64,000 nucleotides of DNA from Camelus dromedarius (Eukaryota), in NCBI RefSeq assembly GCF_036321535.1, contig NC_087437.1, positions 49,788,001-49,852,000 of the forward strand, read 5' to 3'. A model generated the notes under the pieces. The model worked only from the letters and a program-made list of their open reading frames with translations. It had not been told where the DNA came from and did no database searches. Both the position numbers and the translations under genes were made by a program. Shown one piece after another: positions 1 through 12,867 of the stretch; within the stretch, counting starts at the first letter, position 1; each line of letters opens with the position of its first letter.

Positions 1-100
1 ATATTTATGTTCAGGTGTAAGCAATTTCAGCAGGTAGCCAGGACTTGTAGCCTTCTTCATCTGAGTGAATAGCTTTTGATTGACTGAATTGTAAAACAAA

Positions 101-290
101 GTCACAAAATCATAGGTATTATAGTTAGAAATGGCCCTAGAGATTATTATTTTTTAAAGCCTCTCCTTTAAGAGATAAGGATATTGACACACAGGTAAGT
201 CAGTGATTTTCTCAAGGTCACCTGGAAAGTTGATGGCAGCACTAGGACCATGATCCTGCATCCGCAGGGCTCTGTGCCTCTGGCACACTT
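101..290 (-). mobile_element. MIR3/MIR SINE, degenerate
   Basis: TCATAG..AGAAATGGCCCTAGAGATTAT..AGATAAGGATATTGA..CTCAAGGTCAC resembles the reverse complement of the MIR3 tail and core. Confidence 0.55.
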
Positions 291-454
291 CCCCACCTCA
301 TCCCACGTTTCTTTTACTGTCAGGTGACTTGGAGAAACCCCCCTTGATGTGGCTACCACAAATTCAAAAGTAATTCGTGAGAAATTAATGAATAATTATA
401 TACATAGATGTCATATTTCCATAATTCCAAATTTCTATTTAAATTGTATTAGGT

Positions 455-813
455 TTATTTTGGATGGAATTGTCTCCCTTAAAGTTTGTCTGTTGACTCT
501 CTAACTCGCAATGTGACTATATTTGGAGATAAGGCCTTCAAGAGGGTTATTAAGATTAAATGAGGTTATAAGGGTGGGGCCCCCTAATGCAATAGGACCG
601 GAGTTCTTACAAGATGAGAAAGATCTACCAGGTGTGTGTAGACACAGAGAAAAGGCCAGGAGGAGACACGGTGAGAAGGCAGCCATCTACAAGGCCAGAA
701 GAGAGGCTTCAGGAGGAACCAAACCTCCCTCCAGAACTGTGAGATCTAAATTTCTTTGTTGAAGCTGCCCGGTCCGTGGTGTTTTGTTATGGCGGCCCCA
801 GCACATTAATATA
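455..813 (+). mobile_element. MaLR solo LTR, MLT1A/MLT1B-like
   Basis: Colinear with the recalled MLT1B consensus: AATGTGACTATATTTGGAGATAAGGCCTT..TAAGGGTGGGGCCC..GAGAAGGCAGCCATCT..CCTCCAGAACTGTGAGA..TTTTGTTATGGC..TAATATA; a short internal deletion near 725. Confidence 0.9.
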
Positions 814-1469
814 GGGCTGGTTCAAGATCAAATGTTATACCTAGTGAGAGCGTTATAAATGAGTTCAACTTTCTCCTTGTTTCTGCTGCTAAATGCTAGA
901 AGTAAAGCTATCATATTTTTATCCATCACAGGATTGTTCTTTTGGTAAACAACAAGAACTCTCAAACATTCTTTCTGAGCAGGAAATATGATTCTATTTG
1001 GCTAGATTCACATATATCACAAGTGAACTGCTGCCACCAGGGCAGGCAGGCCAACCCAACCGTTCATCTTGTGGGATTAATCCCTTCTTCCTCCGTCTTC
1101 TCTCAGGTCTCCACCACACTGCATTCATTTTTATAGTCACGTTTTTGTTTGAGAGAGCAAGAATGTGGAAACAGGAGAAATTGTAGTTGTGGGTAAAAAT
1201 GAGTGTGCCAGAGTCTACTCCAAGTCTGGTTTGGAAGATGACAACCAATTTCAGCAACCTGGTGTGTGGAATATTGGATTTGTAACGTTATCCTGTTCGC
1301 ACCCTCATCATCATGCGCATAGCTCATACCTTAATTTCATGAGTGATTCACCATTATGAATGTGGTGGGAGAAAGTTTTGAGATGGGGCACCAGCTGGCT
1401 GCTGCCTTCCCTCTTGGCTGTGAGTAAAAAGAAACATTATAATGACTGAGGTTGCTTTGAGTTAGAGGC

Positions 1470-1790
1470 TCCGTGCCACTCTGGCTCCCTATTACCTACC
1501 CTATGACGTCTAAATGTTTGGCCTGGCTTTTGATGTTCCTCCACTTGCCTGTCCCACACAATTCACCCAGACGGATGTCACAGGCCTTCTCAGCACCGAT
1601 TCCACCCATTGGGCTCACCCCTGCTGACCTCCTTCCTAGAAATACCCTCCCTCTCAGCTAAATTCTGCCGGTTTTAAAAGCGCACTTTAAGGCCTGTCCC
1701 CTCTAAGAAACCCACGAAGACACTCAATCGTCTCAGATCTTTGCTTTGGTAATTTGTCATTACCACATAATTAATATCTTATTATACACC
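1470..1790 (+). mobile_element. L2 LINE fragment (3' region)
   Basis: Pyrimidine-rich L2-like blocks TGGCTCCCTATTACCT and CCTTCCTAGAAATACCCTCCC. Confidence 0.4.
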
Positions 1791-1854
1791 CTTTGACTGT
1801 TTTTAGCTCTGTGCAATGCTGGTGGCTACCTAGAGGCCATCCTGCATGGAAAAA

Positions 1855-2045
1855 AATTATGGGTATTAGAAATAGACAGATACGTTTTGAAATCCCAGAC
1901 CTGCCATTCAGGAGCTGAGTGGCTTGGGTAAGTTACTCAACCATCCTAAGCCATATTGGCTCTGTCTGTAAACAGGAAAATAGTATTTTCTAGTGCTCTT
2001 TGAGAAGTTAAATGAGATCATGTATATGGTGTGCTTCTTTTATGT
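1855..2045 (+). mobile_element. MIR SINE
   Basis: AATCCCAGACCTGCCA..TTGGGTAAGTTACTCAACC..TCTGTAAA..TTAAATGAGATCATGTAT. Confidence 0.7.
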
Positions 2046-3744
2046 ACGTTAGTCTTTTTTCCTCCATTGTTAATATTATTAACAATTATATAGACTTTTT
2101 CAATTTATAAAGCACTTTTCCTATATGTTCTATCATTTATGAGCTCTTTCCTTTGTGGGATGACTCTACGACTCTCTGTGGATGAACTACGTTATTCATG
2201 TTTTTCATACTGGAATAGCTGGAGGCATACAGGAAACACTGTCTTAACTGGGGCAGTTTCAAGCCCAAGACAGGCTGAGACGTCAACTACCCTCTTCAGA
2301 AAAGAAAAAAAAGACGCTGGCAGCAGTGGAGGGGAGCCGGAGAAGCTAATGGGCTATGACTAGCTCCCTCAGGACCTCGGTTTGTCCATGCATAGTGTGC
2401 ACAGACTCACTACTGGATCAAGGGCCGATACCCTAGCAGGTCTAATCTGGTGGGTGGAAATCAGAAATTAGGGTCTTAAAGACCACGGTCAACCAAAGTT
2501 ATTTGGGTGATGGCACACTTTCAGGTCATCAGCCCACTTGAAACATATGCCATGAAGAGATGACCTAAGCAACAGGGTCCTTGGGGCCAAGCCCTGGAAG
2601 ATTTAGGAAGGGCATCATCTGGGCTCCAGCCAAGGGCTCTGGGATCTAGAAAAGAGTCCTATTTCCAAAATCAGAGAAGCAGAAAGCATGGCCAAGGTGA
2701 TAAAAACCAAAAAAGGCTGGAACTCCAAGGCCAGATGTGTGCCTAGCCTCTTGGTAAGCAAACCAGATAGTAGATCCATGGTAACAAGACCAATTTCAGG
2801 TCCTAACAGCTGGTCACCTGGGCTTTGTTCTCTTTCTTCTGCCTGTGTCCCTTTGAAAGCAGCTGACCACCTGGTAACCTTGGCTTAAAGTACCAGCCAA
2901 GGTAATAGGCAACAGCCTTTGACTCAAGAATGCACCGGACTTCTCTCTCACTTACCCTTTTTCAGTCTATCTCTGTCTCTGTATGCGTGATTGCTTGAAC
3001 TCTGCATCTGTTTCTCCTCCATCTTTGCATCACTCATTTAAACTGCCTTTACAAGCTTAGCCTTCTCACTCATATGTGCATCTAAACATGACCCTTGACC
3101 CCACATACATGCACTTAGTTTAAAGCAGTGTCTGCCACTCTTGGAAAAGGTGTCTGCAGCTTTTACTTCCAGCCTTGGCCATGGTGCCCTCACCCTCTAA
3201 TGAGAGCCAGCCATCTGGACAGGCCAAGGCTTGCCCTGCTCTGGTTTGGCCCAGGGACTGGACAGGGGGTGGGAAGGGGACTGGCTGAGCCTGCTGTGGA
3301 GAGCATTAGTGACTCCAGCTGGGAGAGCCAGGGCAGGGTCACAACTGACAGACACATAAAAGGCTGTCTTGATCCATTTGCTGGGAGACAACCATGAACT
3401 TAGGAACAATTCTGCCCTTAAGAATGGAGTGATTTAATTTTCATCTTCAGGCTCTTGCCTTGGCTAGTTTCCTTAGCAGCTAAAATAAGCCATCTGCTTA
3501 ACTTCCTATGCCCACTTGCTTGCTGGAAGAATTGTTTGTCTACCCTCCACCTGGCTAAAGCTCACAGAGGAAAGAACTGAAGATGCCCAGGGCCCTTTCC
3601 CAATCTCTCCTGAAAGAATCAAGAGATTTACTATTTGGAAATGTATTTCCTGTCTTATTCCTTAGTCACTTTTGGAAAACATTTCATTGGCTTCATTTCC
3701 CACTCAGTAAAATGGAGCTAGTCTCTCAGAACCACAGTATAGTT

Positions 3745-3769
3745 AAAAAAAAAAAAAAAAAAAAAAAAA
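3745..3769. repeat. poly(A)25
   Basis: 25 consecutive A. Confidence 0.95.
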
Positions 3770-4682
3770 CTCTTAAAGTTACCCTGACCCCAAATTTATA
3801 GTGTAACTGTGGAATTCATATCCTCACAGATAAGAAGACTTTCAAAGTAATAACAGCATACTGGAACATGTAAAGAATTACTCCTCTACTGATCTGCATT
3901 GCCAATAGCTACTTCTGTGCTTCTTGGAATATTAGCCACATTTCCATTTCATACAGAGTACTACTGCGTCCCCAGTCTTTAATTCCATATATTCTAAATA
4001 AAAGCCAGGACTTTAAAATAGTACAGAGGGAGTAAGGCAAGGAAAAATGACTCTTTAGTACAAAAACCTTCAATCCCTACCCTCTTTCCCTACAGCATAA
4101 AATCAGAATGCCCTTATCAAGCACATTTTCCCCCAAGGTAGCTTTCTAGCTTTCTCCCTGTCACTCTCTTCTGAGTGACTTTTGTATCAACATAACATAC
4201 CAGTACCCCACGGTAAAAAAAAAAGTGGCCTCCCTGCCCCAAATCACATGTTTAAGTGTAGTAGTCCATTTCTTGTTAAGGAGATCTTAACTTATCTAGA
4301 CAAACTAGATAAACTCCACTCTGAAACCTATGATTGCTTCAGAACGAGAAGTTCTGGCACAGAGAGCATTGTAAGATGTTCTGCACTGAGAAAAGGACTA
4401 ACCCTGGAGCAGAAGGGCAGTTAATCATGAACCCTACAAAAATACTTTCAGCTCTCACAGGGAAAATTCTACCAACATCTCTCTCTAGAGTACTTTTAGA
4501 ACTCTATGAGAACAGAACCTAAAGCTGCTCATATACCAGCTCCTTCTGACATCAACCTCCTCCTCACCCCCAAGCTAAAAACTTAGAGCTAAAATATACT
4601 AAAGCATTTAATGAGTTTTTAAGGCCCTTATAATATTTGATTCTGGGAGTCTGAGTCCCCCTTTCTAAGGGCACAGGCACAA

Positions 4683-4762
4683 GTGTGTGTGTATCTGTGC
4701 ATGTGTGTGCATGTGTTTGAATGGCTGTGTGTATGTGTGTGTGAGAGTGTGTGTGTGTGTGG
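4683..4762. repeat. Imperfect (TG)n microsatellite
   Basis: Interrupted TG run visible directly. Confidence 0.9.
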
Positions 4763-6197
4763 TGGGGGGTTGGTGGGTACATTTTCATGCTTTTGGCCAG
4801 ACCCTCATAGTCTGTATATGCCATATTGCCTGCTGTTACTAATCCTGGGACCAACCCTAATTCTTGGAGTTCTTGCCCCATTTTTCATTGTAGGATAACA
4901 AGTATCTTGACTGTAATCTATTAATTGAATAATTGAATAAACTTGTTTCCCTCCAGTGTGAGCATATTGTTTGCACACAGTGTCATCCTGGGCCCTCCAG
5001 CTATGGAAGGCCTGCCAGATATGTTTATTAAACCCCCTGTGCTTGGAAAGAACACAGAAAACTGTCATCTAGAGCAATACAAAAGTGCCTATCTCAGCTG
5101 GAGAGCTCGCTGTTATGGATAAAGGAAGAGTTTGTGGTACAGTTTTGAGATGTAAAGAGAAAAAGCTTCCCCATGGTGCAAATGTGTTGTAACCCTCAGG
5201 CGAGAAAAAAAATATTGAATTGTTGCTGGCAGTACAATGTAATTATTGAGTTAGCGGCAGCTATGTTTCTAAGCTTCTTAAGGTAAAAATCACATTAATT
5301 TGGCCTTCTCTAAAGGACATTCCAGGTTGTTAAATGGAACCGTTGAAACATTTTTCACTAACGAACCTGGCCAATGAACGGCCATTTCCTCTTAAGTCAA
5401 ACCCTGGACAAGTTGGCAGTGAAAGGGGAGACGTGCTACCATGGAGGCTGCCTTTGTTTGCTTGAGGCCACGCTGCCCTGGGATGTGTTTTCCAGGCTCC
5501 CGAGGTGCACGCATTTGACCTAGGTGGTGACTGAGTGGGAGGTAGGATGGAAGCCACGGGGCTGGACTCAGAAGATCGAGTGAATCAGAAGTTGGCTTCT
5601 TCTGAAGGACAGAATGCATGGCACACCCTCTGGGAGGATGGGCACAAGGCCATGAAGTTGCCAAGATGCTATCTTCTAGACAAGCAAAACACTCAGCGCC
5701 TGGAAACTGATGGCTTTCACCCCTTGGCTTTGATTCCTCAGGCCTAAGTAGTTCCTGAGTCTCTGTAGACTCTGCCCCTGGACAGCTCCACCTCTGCCAG
5801 AAAGGGAGACGAGCCAGCGGTGCTCTGTGATCCAGCCTCAGACGGAGGGCCTCCTGTAGTGGTCAGGAATCGCTGGACATTACGCAGGGAACTATATTTC
5901 TGCAGGGAGGCCCTCCCTGAAATGTCACTGGGAAAACAACATCTGTGCTTCCTGATGCTAGGGCTGTGCGGGGCCGCAGGAGCCTGGTGGGTCGACTTGG
6001 TGGGCTTCATCTCTCGAATCCTGAGAGGATGCTTTTTTTGACAACCAGGTCAAGCTCCTTTGTTGCTTCCCCTCCTTCCTCTACTGGATGGGATCAGGGC
6101 AATGGGCTCAACAATGGGGATTAATGGGTAAGGAAGTAAGGCTGAGACTCCCTTGACTTATTATGCTTCAGTATTAATGTAGAAGTAATTGATTCAA

Positions 6198-6428
6198 GGA
6201 GGCAGTGTGGTGCCCTGGACAGAGCCAGCTTTGAAGCCACACTGGACTAGGTTCATATTCTTTCGACTTGTAGCCATAGGCAAGCCACTTATCCTCATTG
6301 AGCCCCAACTTCAACATCAATAAACTGGTTTTTAAAAAGTGCCTGATTTGTAAGGATTAGACGTAATGCCTGTAAAGAGACAAGAATCATATCTGGCAAA
6401 CAGCAGAACCAATACATTTAGCTATTGG
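6198..6428 (+). mobile_element. MIR SINE, near full length
   Basis: GGAGGCAGTGTGG head, GGCAAGCCACTTATCCTC..GAGCCCCAACTTC core, TAAGGATTA..TGTAAAG..CTGGCA..CAATACATTTAGCTATT tail. Confidence 0.75.
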
Positions 6429-7174
6429 TTTTTTTTTTTTTTTCAAACTGATTTTTTTAAAGCAGCTAAAAGACCCAAAGGAGTGAATCCAGTTTGCAAG
6501 GGTACTCACCTGGCAAGGTGTCTCACAGGCATGGGTTTTGGTGGTAGGGGTGGTGGTGAGGTGTCATCCAAGAGGTTCTGCCTTAGTTTGGTACAATTGG
6601 AACCTTGTTTTGAAAGGCCCCTCTGTGGGCTGGTGTACTGCTGACACTGACCCTGAGCCTGAGCTGGCAGGGTGACTGTTCAACAGACCTGAGCCGTGAA
6701 GCCAGGCATGAATCCTGTGCTGCCTACCAGATCCTTCTGTGGCCTTTGGTGTGAGGTCATCCACTTGTTCTTATATACATATTTTTCTAACTGAAAAAAA
6801 AAAAGAGCTTAATGATAAAGTTTTTTAAAGTGCTTTCCAAATACACAGTCTTTAACATCAATATTGGACTGGAGAGTTGGTGGTTTTATTGGGGATGTGC
6901 CCTCTATATTCAGTGCATTCCTCTGGGCAGGAAGAAGATCTCCAGAGTTCTAAGAGATGACAGGAGACAGAGAGTGAGAATGGCAAAGGAAGAAATCTTC
7001 CATTTATGAAACCAACTCCAGAAAATTGAATTTCTGCACTCAGCCAATTTTCCTGAAGGGATAGAGCAGCTCCCTAGGACTTGTGATACATGCAATGCTT
7101 TGGTGTTTCAGTACAATGTGATACCTTGTTAGAAGGTAGCACCCTGAACGACATTATCTGACTGTCCATCATAT

Positions 7175-7360
7175 GGAAGACCATTTAGGGACATTTTCTA
7201 TTTATTGATCTCAATGATCCTGCAGGGAGAAAGAGGAACATCGCTATTTTAATGATGGATAAACTGTTTCAGAGAAGTGAAATAATCTGGTCACTTTCAC
7301 ACAGCTTCTGATATTTGACTCCAAATTATGACCTTTCCTTAACATCCTACTGCCTCTATT
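7175..7360 (-). mobile_element. MIR SINE
   Basis: GATCTCAATGATCCTGCAGGG..ATTTTAATGATGGATAAACTG..CAGAGAAGTGAAATAA..TCACACAGCT. Confidence 0.6.
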
Positions 7361-9954
7361 AGAGCACAAAGGCAAATGTTTTTCCTCCTTACCTCTTGGT
7401 TGGAGCTTCCCAGCATGCTTTGCAGCATGGAGTGTAACAATAGTCCATCCTCAAGGGAACAAAAGCTGGGATAACTATGTTACGTACCTTGGTATTATTT
7501 GCGTGGCCAAATAAAGCTATCTTGCTACAGATGTAACCTTCGATAATTTATTGATGTAAAAGTGGCCTCGGGTACCAGGTTTTTGGCAGCCGTTACACTG
7601 TCAGAGTACACTGTAGAACATGGCATCCATGAATATTTGATGTGGAGAAGAAATGGAAAAATACACCTTTCAATATATCAGTTCCCAGCCCTGATCTTCA
7701 TTACTGAAATCTGAATCGAACCCCAGCTCTGAATTTGATCAACCAAAACTGCAAATTGAGTGCTCCTTAAATTGGGTTTCAGCAGTGAATTGATTTGAGC
7801 CCTAATTTTTGTCGAGCACATCAGTTGTTTATGTCAGCCCGTCCTGTAGTGGTGGGTTAGTGACCTCAGTGATAAGTTGGAAACTACAGACTTAACTGTC
7901 AATAGGACTGGCTTGGCCCTTTATCCTTCAGCGGCAGATAAATAGAGCCCCATTCAATTGGTTCATTGTGCAGGGATTTGTTGGAGTTTTATTTATGCAG
8001 ATTTGGAAGCAGTTGGAGATCATCAACATCCAATACACTCTCTGTCAAATATTTCTCTTTCATTGTTGGGTTATTAAAATATGAGTTGGAAGGTTGGGGG
8101 ATTCTGTCCTTTTCAGAAGCAAATACTTTAAAAAAATAATCAAAAGGGCATTTTTTTGTTTGTATTTTTTTGGTATCCAGGGTACCTCTGAGTAGTAGAT
8201 TTTTGATCTCTAGCCCATCCTCAAAACTGAAAACCAAGCCTCCATTTCTCCAGGGCTTACCTTTTCATCACTCGAAGACCAGTGGTTACGTGATTTGGAC
8301 CCACTGAGGAAGGTAGAATGCTATCAGTTCAAAAGTGTTGGATACCTGTGGAGCACTTTGCAAGATATTGCAGGATTTTCTGAGCTTTCTATAGAACTAC
8401 ACAGAAGTATTGCTGAGTACTTTGCAATATGAATTCCTACAATTTGCAGGAATTTGCCAAGCTTTTCAGGTGATCATACTAGGTAAGTGCTTCATTTTTA
8501 ATCTCAATTGGTTTGATTTTGTGCTTTCTTTATATTATTGCATTTAGGTTTTGCATACTTGGGGGCTGACTTTTTAAAACCTATCTTTAATCCCGTCTGC
8601 TCTGATGAGCACCTGACTCAGCTTAGCTATATCTTTAATTGATGCTCTCTTCAACTCTAGATACTAAATTGCAATTCCATGATCTACCTAAAGAGACAGA
8701 CAGTTTAATCAATATACAAGTTACTCTACTTATTTTAAATAAATGCCTTTCAGACTTAGTAAACACCATTAGGGGAAATATGGATGATTTAAAATAAGGT
8801 AAGTGATTTATGTTTCCTCAAATGAAGCCCTTAAACTCATTTAACTGATGAAATACTAACCTGATCCTTAGAAAACTTAGTTTTGTATGAAGTATGCTTT
8901 TGTTTTCAGAATTCTGTAATTGAGCAAGTTTCCTTTAAGACAGGTTAAAAGGTATACCCTTGTTGGCAGCTGTTAAATCTTCCGGTAATATTCTAGGGTT
9001 CTAAATTTAGAATGCTAAGATAGAATCCCCCCATTAGTATTTGCTACAACCTAAAATGTTTTTATCAAAGGGAATAGTTTAATTAATATTACACTTAATA
9101 TTTGAGAACTAAAGCTCTATAGCTTTTTTTTCTTTTAAGACATATAAGAAGTGCCAAATAGTTACGGAGTTTTATGGAGAAGCCTAAAAGCTTTAATTAA
9201 ACTTCCAGAGCTACCTAATTCTAGCCATAAATGAAGGCAGATGCTGGGAGAATAGGGTTCAATCACATTTGATTTCTGAGTGATAAACCCCCTTGTGACT
9301 ATTCCTGCTTCATCCCAGTGAGAAAGTGATAACTTTCTGTTTTCCTTTTTTGTGTGTGTGCCCAAGTTCTTATAACTAGTTGGTACAGAGTCAGAATTAA
9401 AACCCAAGTCTTCTGATTCCTAGCCCAGAGGTCTTCCCACAATTGTGCCTTTCCACAAATGCTCTGCTTCAGCACTGATATTTAACCATTGAACATGAAT
9501 ATCTAGTCTACTCAATTTTAGAAGAAGAGTAAAAGCATGCCCTCTTTCCTACCAATTTGTGAGCTCGGTTTTTCACGCTAGAGTATTAGAGTACTTGGTT
9601 GATCAGGAGCAATCAAGCTTCGAGGTGTTAAGAATGATCATTAATTACCCGAATCTCTTTTCCTGAAAGAATCCTGGACTGGATTTTTCCTGGGAGTCCC
9701 AACATCAATGTTCTTTTCTCTTATTCCCCTAAATGTACTGATACTGATCAGATAATGGGTGCAAGTTTCTTATATCAGAAATAAAGTTGTTTAAGTATAG
9801 GATGCCTTTAAATGGAAAAAATCCATAGTGAATTTAAATTATTATTTGATTCAGAAAATAATCAATACTCAAAAAAAATCTTTCTCTAGCAACCCCAAAT
9901 TCCCACCACTAGTTGAAATTTAAGTCACTGAAAAGCTCTCCTTTAAATGTCAAT

Positions 9955-10170
9955 ATAATCATAATAATAATTACCATTTGTTGAATGCCTATGGACGGGC
10001 AGATTAGATGCTTTACATACATTACATCTTTAATCCCCACGTCTGTCATTCAAAGTCCGCATTATTATCTTCATTCTAAAGATAAGGATAAGCAACTTGC
10101 CCAAGGCCACACAGCTAGTAAGTCCTAGGGCCAAGGCTTGAATCCAGGTCTCTGTGTTTCTGAAGCCTTT
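9955..10170 (-). mobile_element. MIR SINE
   Basis: AATAATAATTACCATTTGTTGAATGCCTA..GCTTTACATACATTA..GCAACTTGCCCAAGGCCACACAGCTAGTAAGT..TTGAATCCAGGTCT. Confidence 0.85.
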
Positions 10171-10829
10171 TCATTTCTCCCTGTAAGATGAAGTAATGAA
10201 TGCATGAAGCCATATTGATCAATGACACAATCCACGTTACTTTGAAAATAATGCGTGTCCTGAAATAATACCCCCAGGGAGGATGCCACAAGACAGACAT
10301 TTATGATACAGTACACAGACTTGTCTTCGTTTCCTTCACGACTTTATCTCAAATCCAATGGCTTTGCCTTCCCCACTCCGTATTTTGCATCCTTTGGCTT
10401 GCCAGAGTAGAATTGGCTCTTTTGGGTTACTCAGTCCATTCCCCTTCATTCAAATGTATGCTTTGATGTAGAACCAAAGTCTGAGAGTTTCAGCACCATC
10501 TGGTGACAAAGAAGGAACAGCCAATCACCACCTGTCAGGCAGTCACAGATAGAAGAATGACCACAGCTGAGGCTGCATTGGCCCTGTGTCAGCATGCTCC
10601 CCTCCCGGGCTGCACTGCCCTGAGGTGGCCAGGACTCCAGACCTCTGTGCAGTGATTCAGTGTAGGGCGTAGTGTTGCCTACCAAGCTCATATCAGATTT
10701 TGCAGGCATGAACAGAGTCCTCGTGCATCCTTGTCCTATATCCCAGCAAGGGTGAGGTCATTTGTATGGAAGCAATCTGCAACTTGTGCCACATGGTGGC
10801 TGGATGGTTATGGATGATCATGGCCTCAG

Positions 10830-11110
10830 TACTGGCAGTTCCCCAGACCTGCCTCCGGATCTTTGCACAAGCTGTTTCCTCTTCCTTGCCTTCTTGCTTC
10901 CTGTCCTGTCTTCCACACTTTATGACGTTAATGTCTGCACAGCCTTCAGGACTTGGTTTAGATGCTGCCCCATCTGACCTACAATTTTCCATATGTCCAA
11001 ATACTAATCCAATGTCTGTTCTTCTTCTGGCAGTTATTACTAATCTCAAAATGGCATTTTAAATTATCTTTCTCTCCTAGAAGACTAAGATCACTGATGG
11101 CAGGGGCTTA
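10830..11110 (+). mobile_element. L2 LINE 3' fragment
   Basis: CTGCCTCCGGATCTTTGCACAAGCTGTTTCCTCT..CCTTCAGGACT..CTAGAAGACTAAGATCACTGATGGCAGGG. Confidence 0.65.
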
Positions 11111-11129
11111 GAGAAAATGTTATGTCTAA

Positions 11130-11378
11130 TTAAGGTGGACACTGGGATCAGACAAAACGAGTTTTAAATCCTGACTTCAGCATTTACTTACCTACCTTAC
11201 TCTGGGTAAGGTTTACTTTGGATGAAAGAACCACCCAGAGGATCCCTTTCCTCATCATCAAGACTGTGACAATAGTCTGAACTATCTTGTTGGGTTGTTT
11301 TGAGGATTAACTGCAAGAATGAACCTGGAGTACTTCAGACAGGGCTTGGTAGATAACACATGTTCAATAAAAAGTACA
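11130..11378 (+). mobile_element. MIR SINE
   Basis: AAATCCTGACTTCAGCATTTACT..TTTCCTCATC..GGGTTGTTTTGAGGATTAA..TTCAATAAA. Confidence 0.75.
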
Positions 11379-11769
11379 GATAGTCTAGAGATTGCTGAAC
11401 CACATTTCTTACCGTAGTGCCTGCTTAATAAATATATTTGGAATTCAGATTGTATTAGAGAGCTTGAAAAAGACAGAGCCATTAAATACATTAACATGAA
11501 GTTCCCCTGCTGGATCTTAGAGGGGTCCCTGGTCATTTGTTGTCTTTTGCTCTGCGGCTGTGAATAGTTGGTAATTGCCTGTTGAGTGCTGTATCCTCCC
11601 ATTCAGCCTCAACAGCTCGCTGCCTTCTTGCTCCAGATTAGCAGGAGAGGGAAGAGCAAGAGCTACAGAAGCTGCAATTGAAGATCAAACCCAAGGTCTA
11701 TCCAGGGCCCAAAGGACACACCGACAAGCCCATCATCCTCACGCATGTCAGCCGGGCTGCAGGCTCCAA

Positions 11770-11856
11770 GAGACTGAGAATTGCCATTTTTGTTCACTCG
11801 AGCATTGCTAGGATATTGTACATAGTACATACTCAATAAATGTTTGCTGAATGAAG
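11770..11856 (+). mobile_element. L2 3' terminus
   Basis: TTTTGTTCACT..CATAGTACATACTCAATAAATGTTTGCTGAATGAA, the typical L2 end. Confidence 0.75.
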
Positions 11857-11995
11857 CAGTAAACACATCTGAAATGTGTGAATCAGCCCAATTTCTGTTA
11901 GGAACCATTCAACCCTATGATTCATGAGTTTGGTCAACTTTTGAAACATTATACTTACACCTGCATTAGTAACACCTGAAGTGATGCAGACAGGA

Positions 11996-12063
11996 CTTCT
12001 TCTTCTTCTTCTTCTTCTTCTTTTTTTTAGGTGCAAACCACTTTATTTATTTATTTATTTATT
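11996..12063. repeat. (CTT)n followed by (TTTA)n
   Basis: About 9 CTT units, a T-run, then about 5 TTTA units. Confidence 0.9.
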
Positions 12064-12867
12064 GGAGGCATAATTTAGTCATCTTACTTAAAGTGCATTT
12101 TACAGTGTCTCTGGCAATCCAGGGTTACAGAAAACTCAGCACTCCCCTGCGTTCCCCAGTTCTGCCCTCCCCCTGCACCTCAAATACCCTCTGAACGGTC
12201 ACCCTCCCTGACACATCATTCAGAGAGGATTTCTTATAGAGCCTGTGCTCATCTTACTCAAGTGCTACAAGACTGCCTCGTGTTCTATTATTTTCAGGAT
12301 TTTGTGGACATGTTTACATTAACCATGCTATTTGTTATTTATAGATTTGTTCATGGGCCTCTCTGTTTTGGCCTTTCTGGACTGAAAAAACTTTAGGTCT
12401 GCCCATGCATAGCATCCCTGTCCTCATTTCAATTACGTTAGTTTAATCCTACACTTAGAAGTTGCCTCCAATACCCCCAGTGCCAGGCATCCCAAGGCCA
12501 TTCTCTGGTGCAATTGCAGTCCTCCCTGGGATTGGGTGGTGACCCAGACTTCTCTCCAGGGGCAGCACATTTTAGGATAAGGTCATGGTGTGTTTGGGGT
12601 ATTGTTCCTAATCACCTTCTTGGAGATGCCAGGTTTGTGTTGGCCCCTTGGGCGCTGCTGCATTTCCTGCTCGCTCTGACTCTTCTCCCCGTGTACACGA
12701 TCCACTCCACTTGCTCCAGGCTACTACTCTCATCCCCCAAGCCCTGACGAGGGGAGACAGCGTTGTCTCCAGAGTCTCATGGTCTTTTCAATCTACGTGG
12801 TTGTGCAGACCCTGCTTTTCTTTTTCTAAGTGTGCTGTGGCTCAGTCTTGCTTTAGTTTCTGCAAGA

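Noticed and set aside
8214..8432. 72-codon stop-free frame (..SLEDQWLRDLDPLRKVECYQF..)
   Set aside because: No ATG and no recognised homology; length is within chance expectation. A tblastn/PhyloCSF check would settle it
10489..10505. REST/RE1 site (TTCAGCACC)
   Set aside because: Left half only; the GGACAG right half is missing
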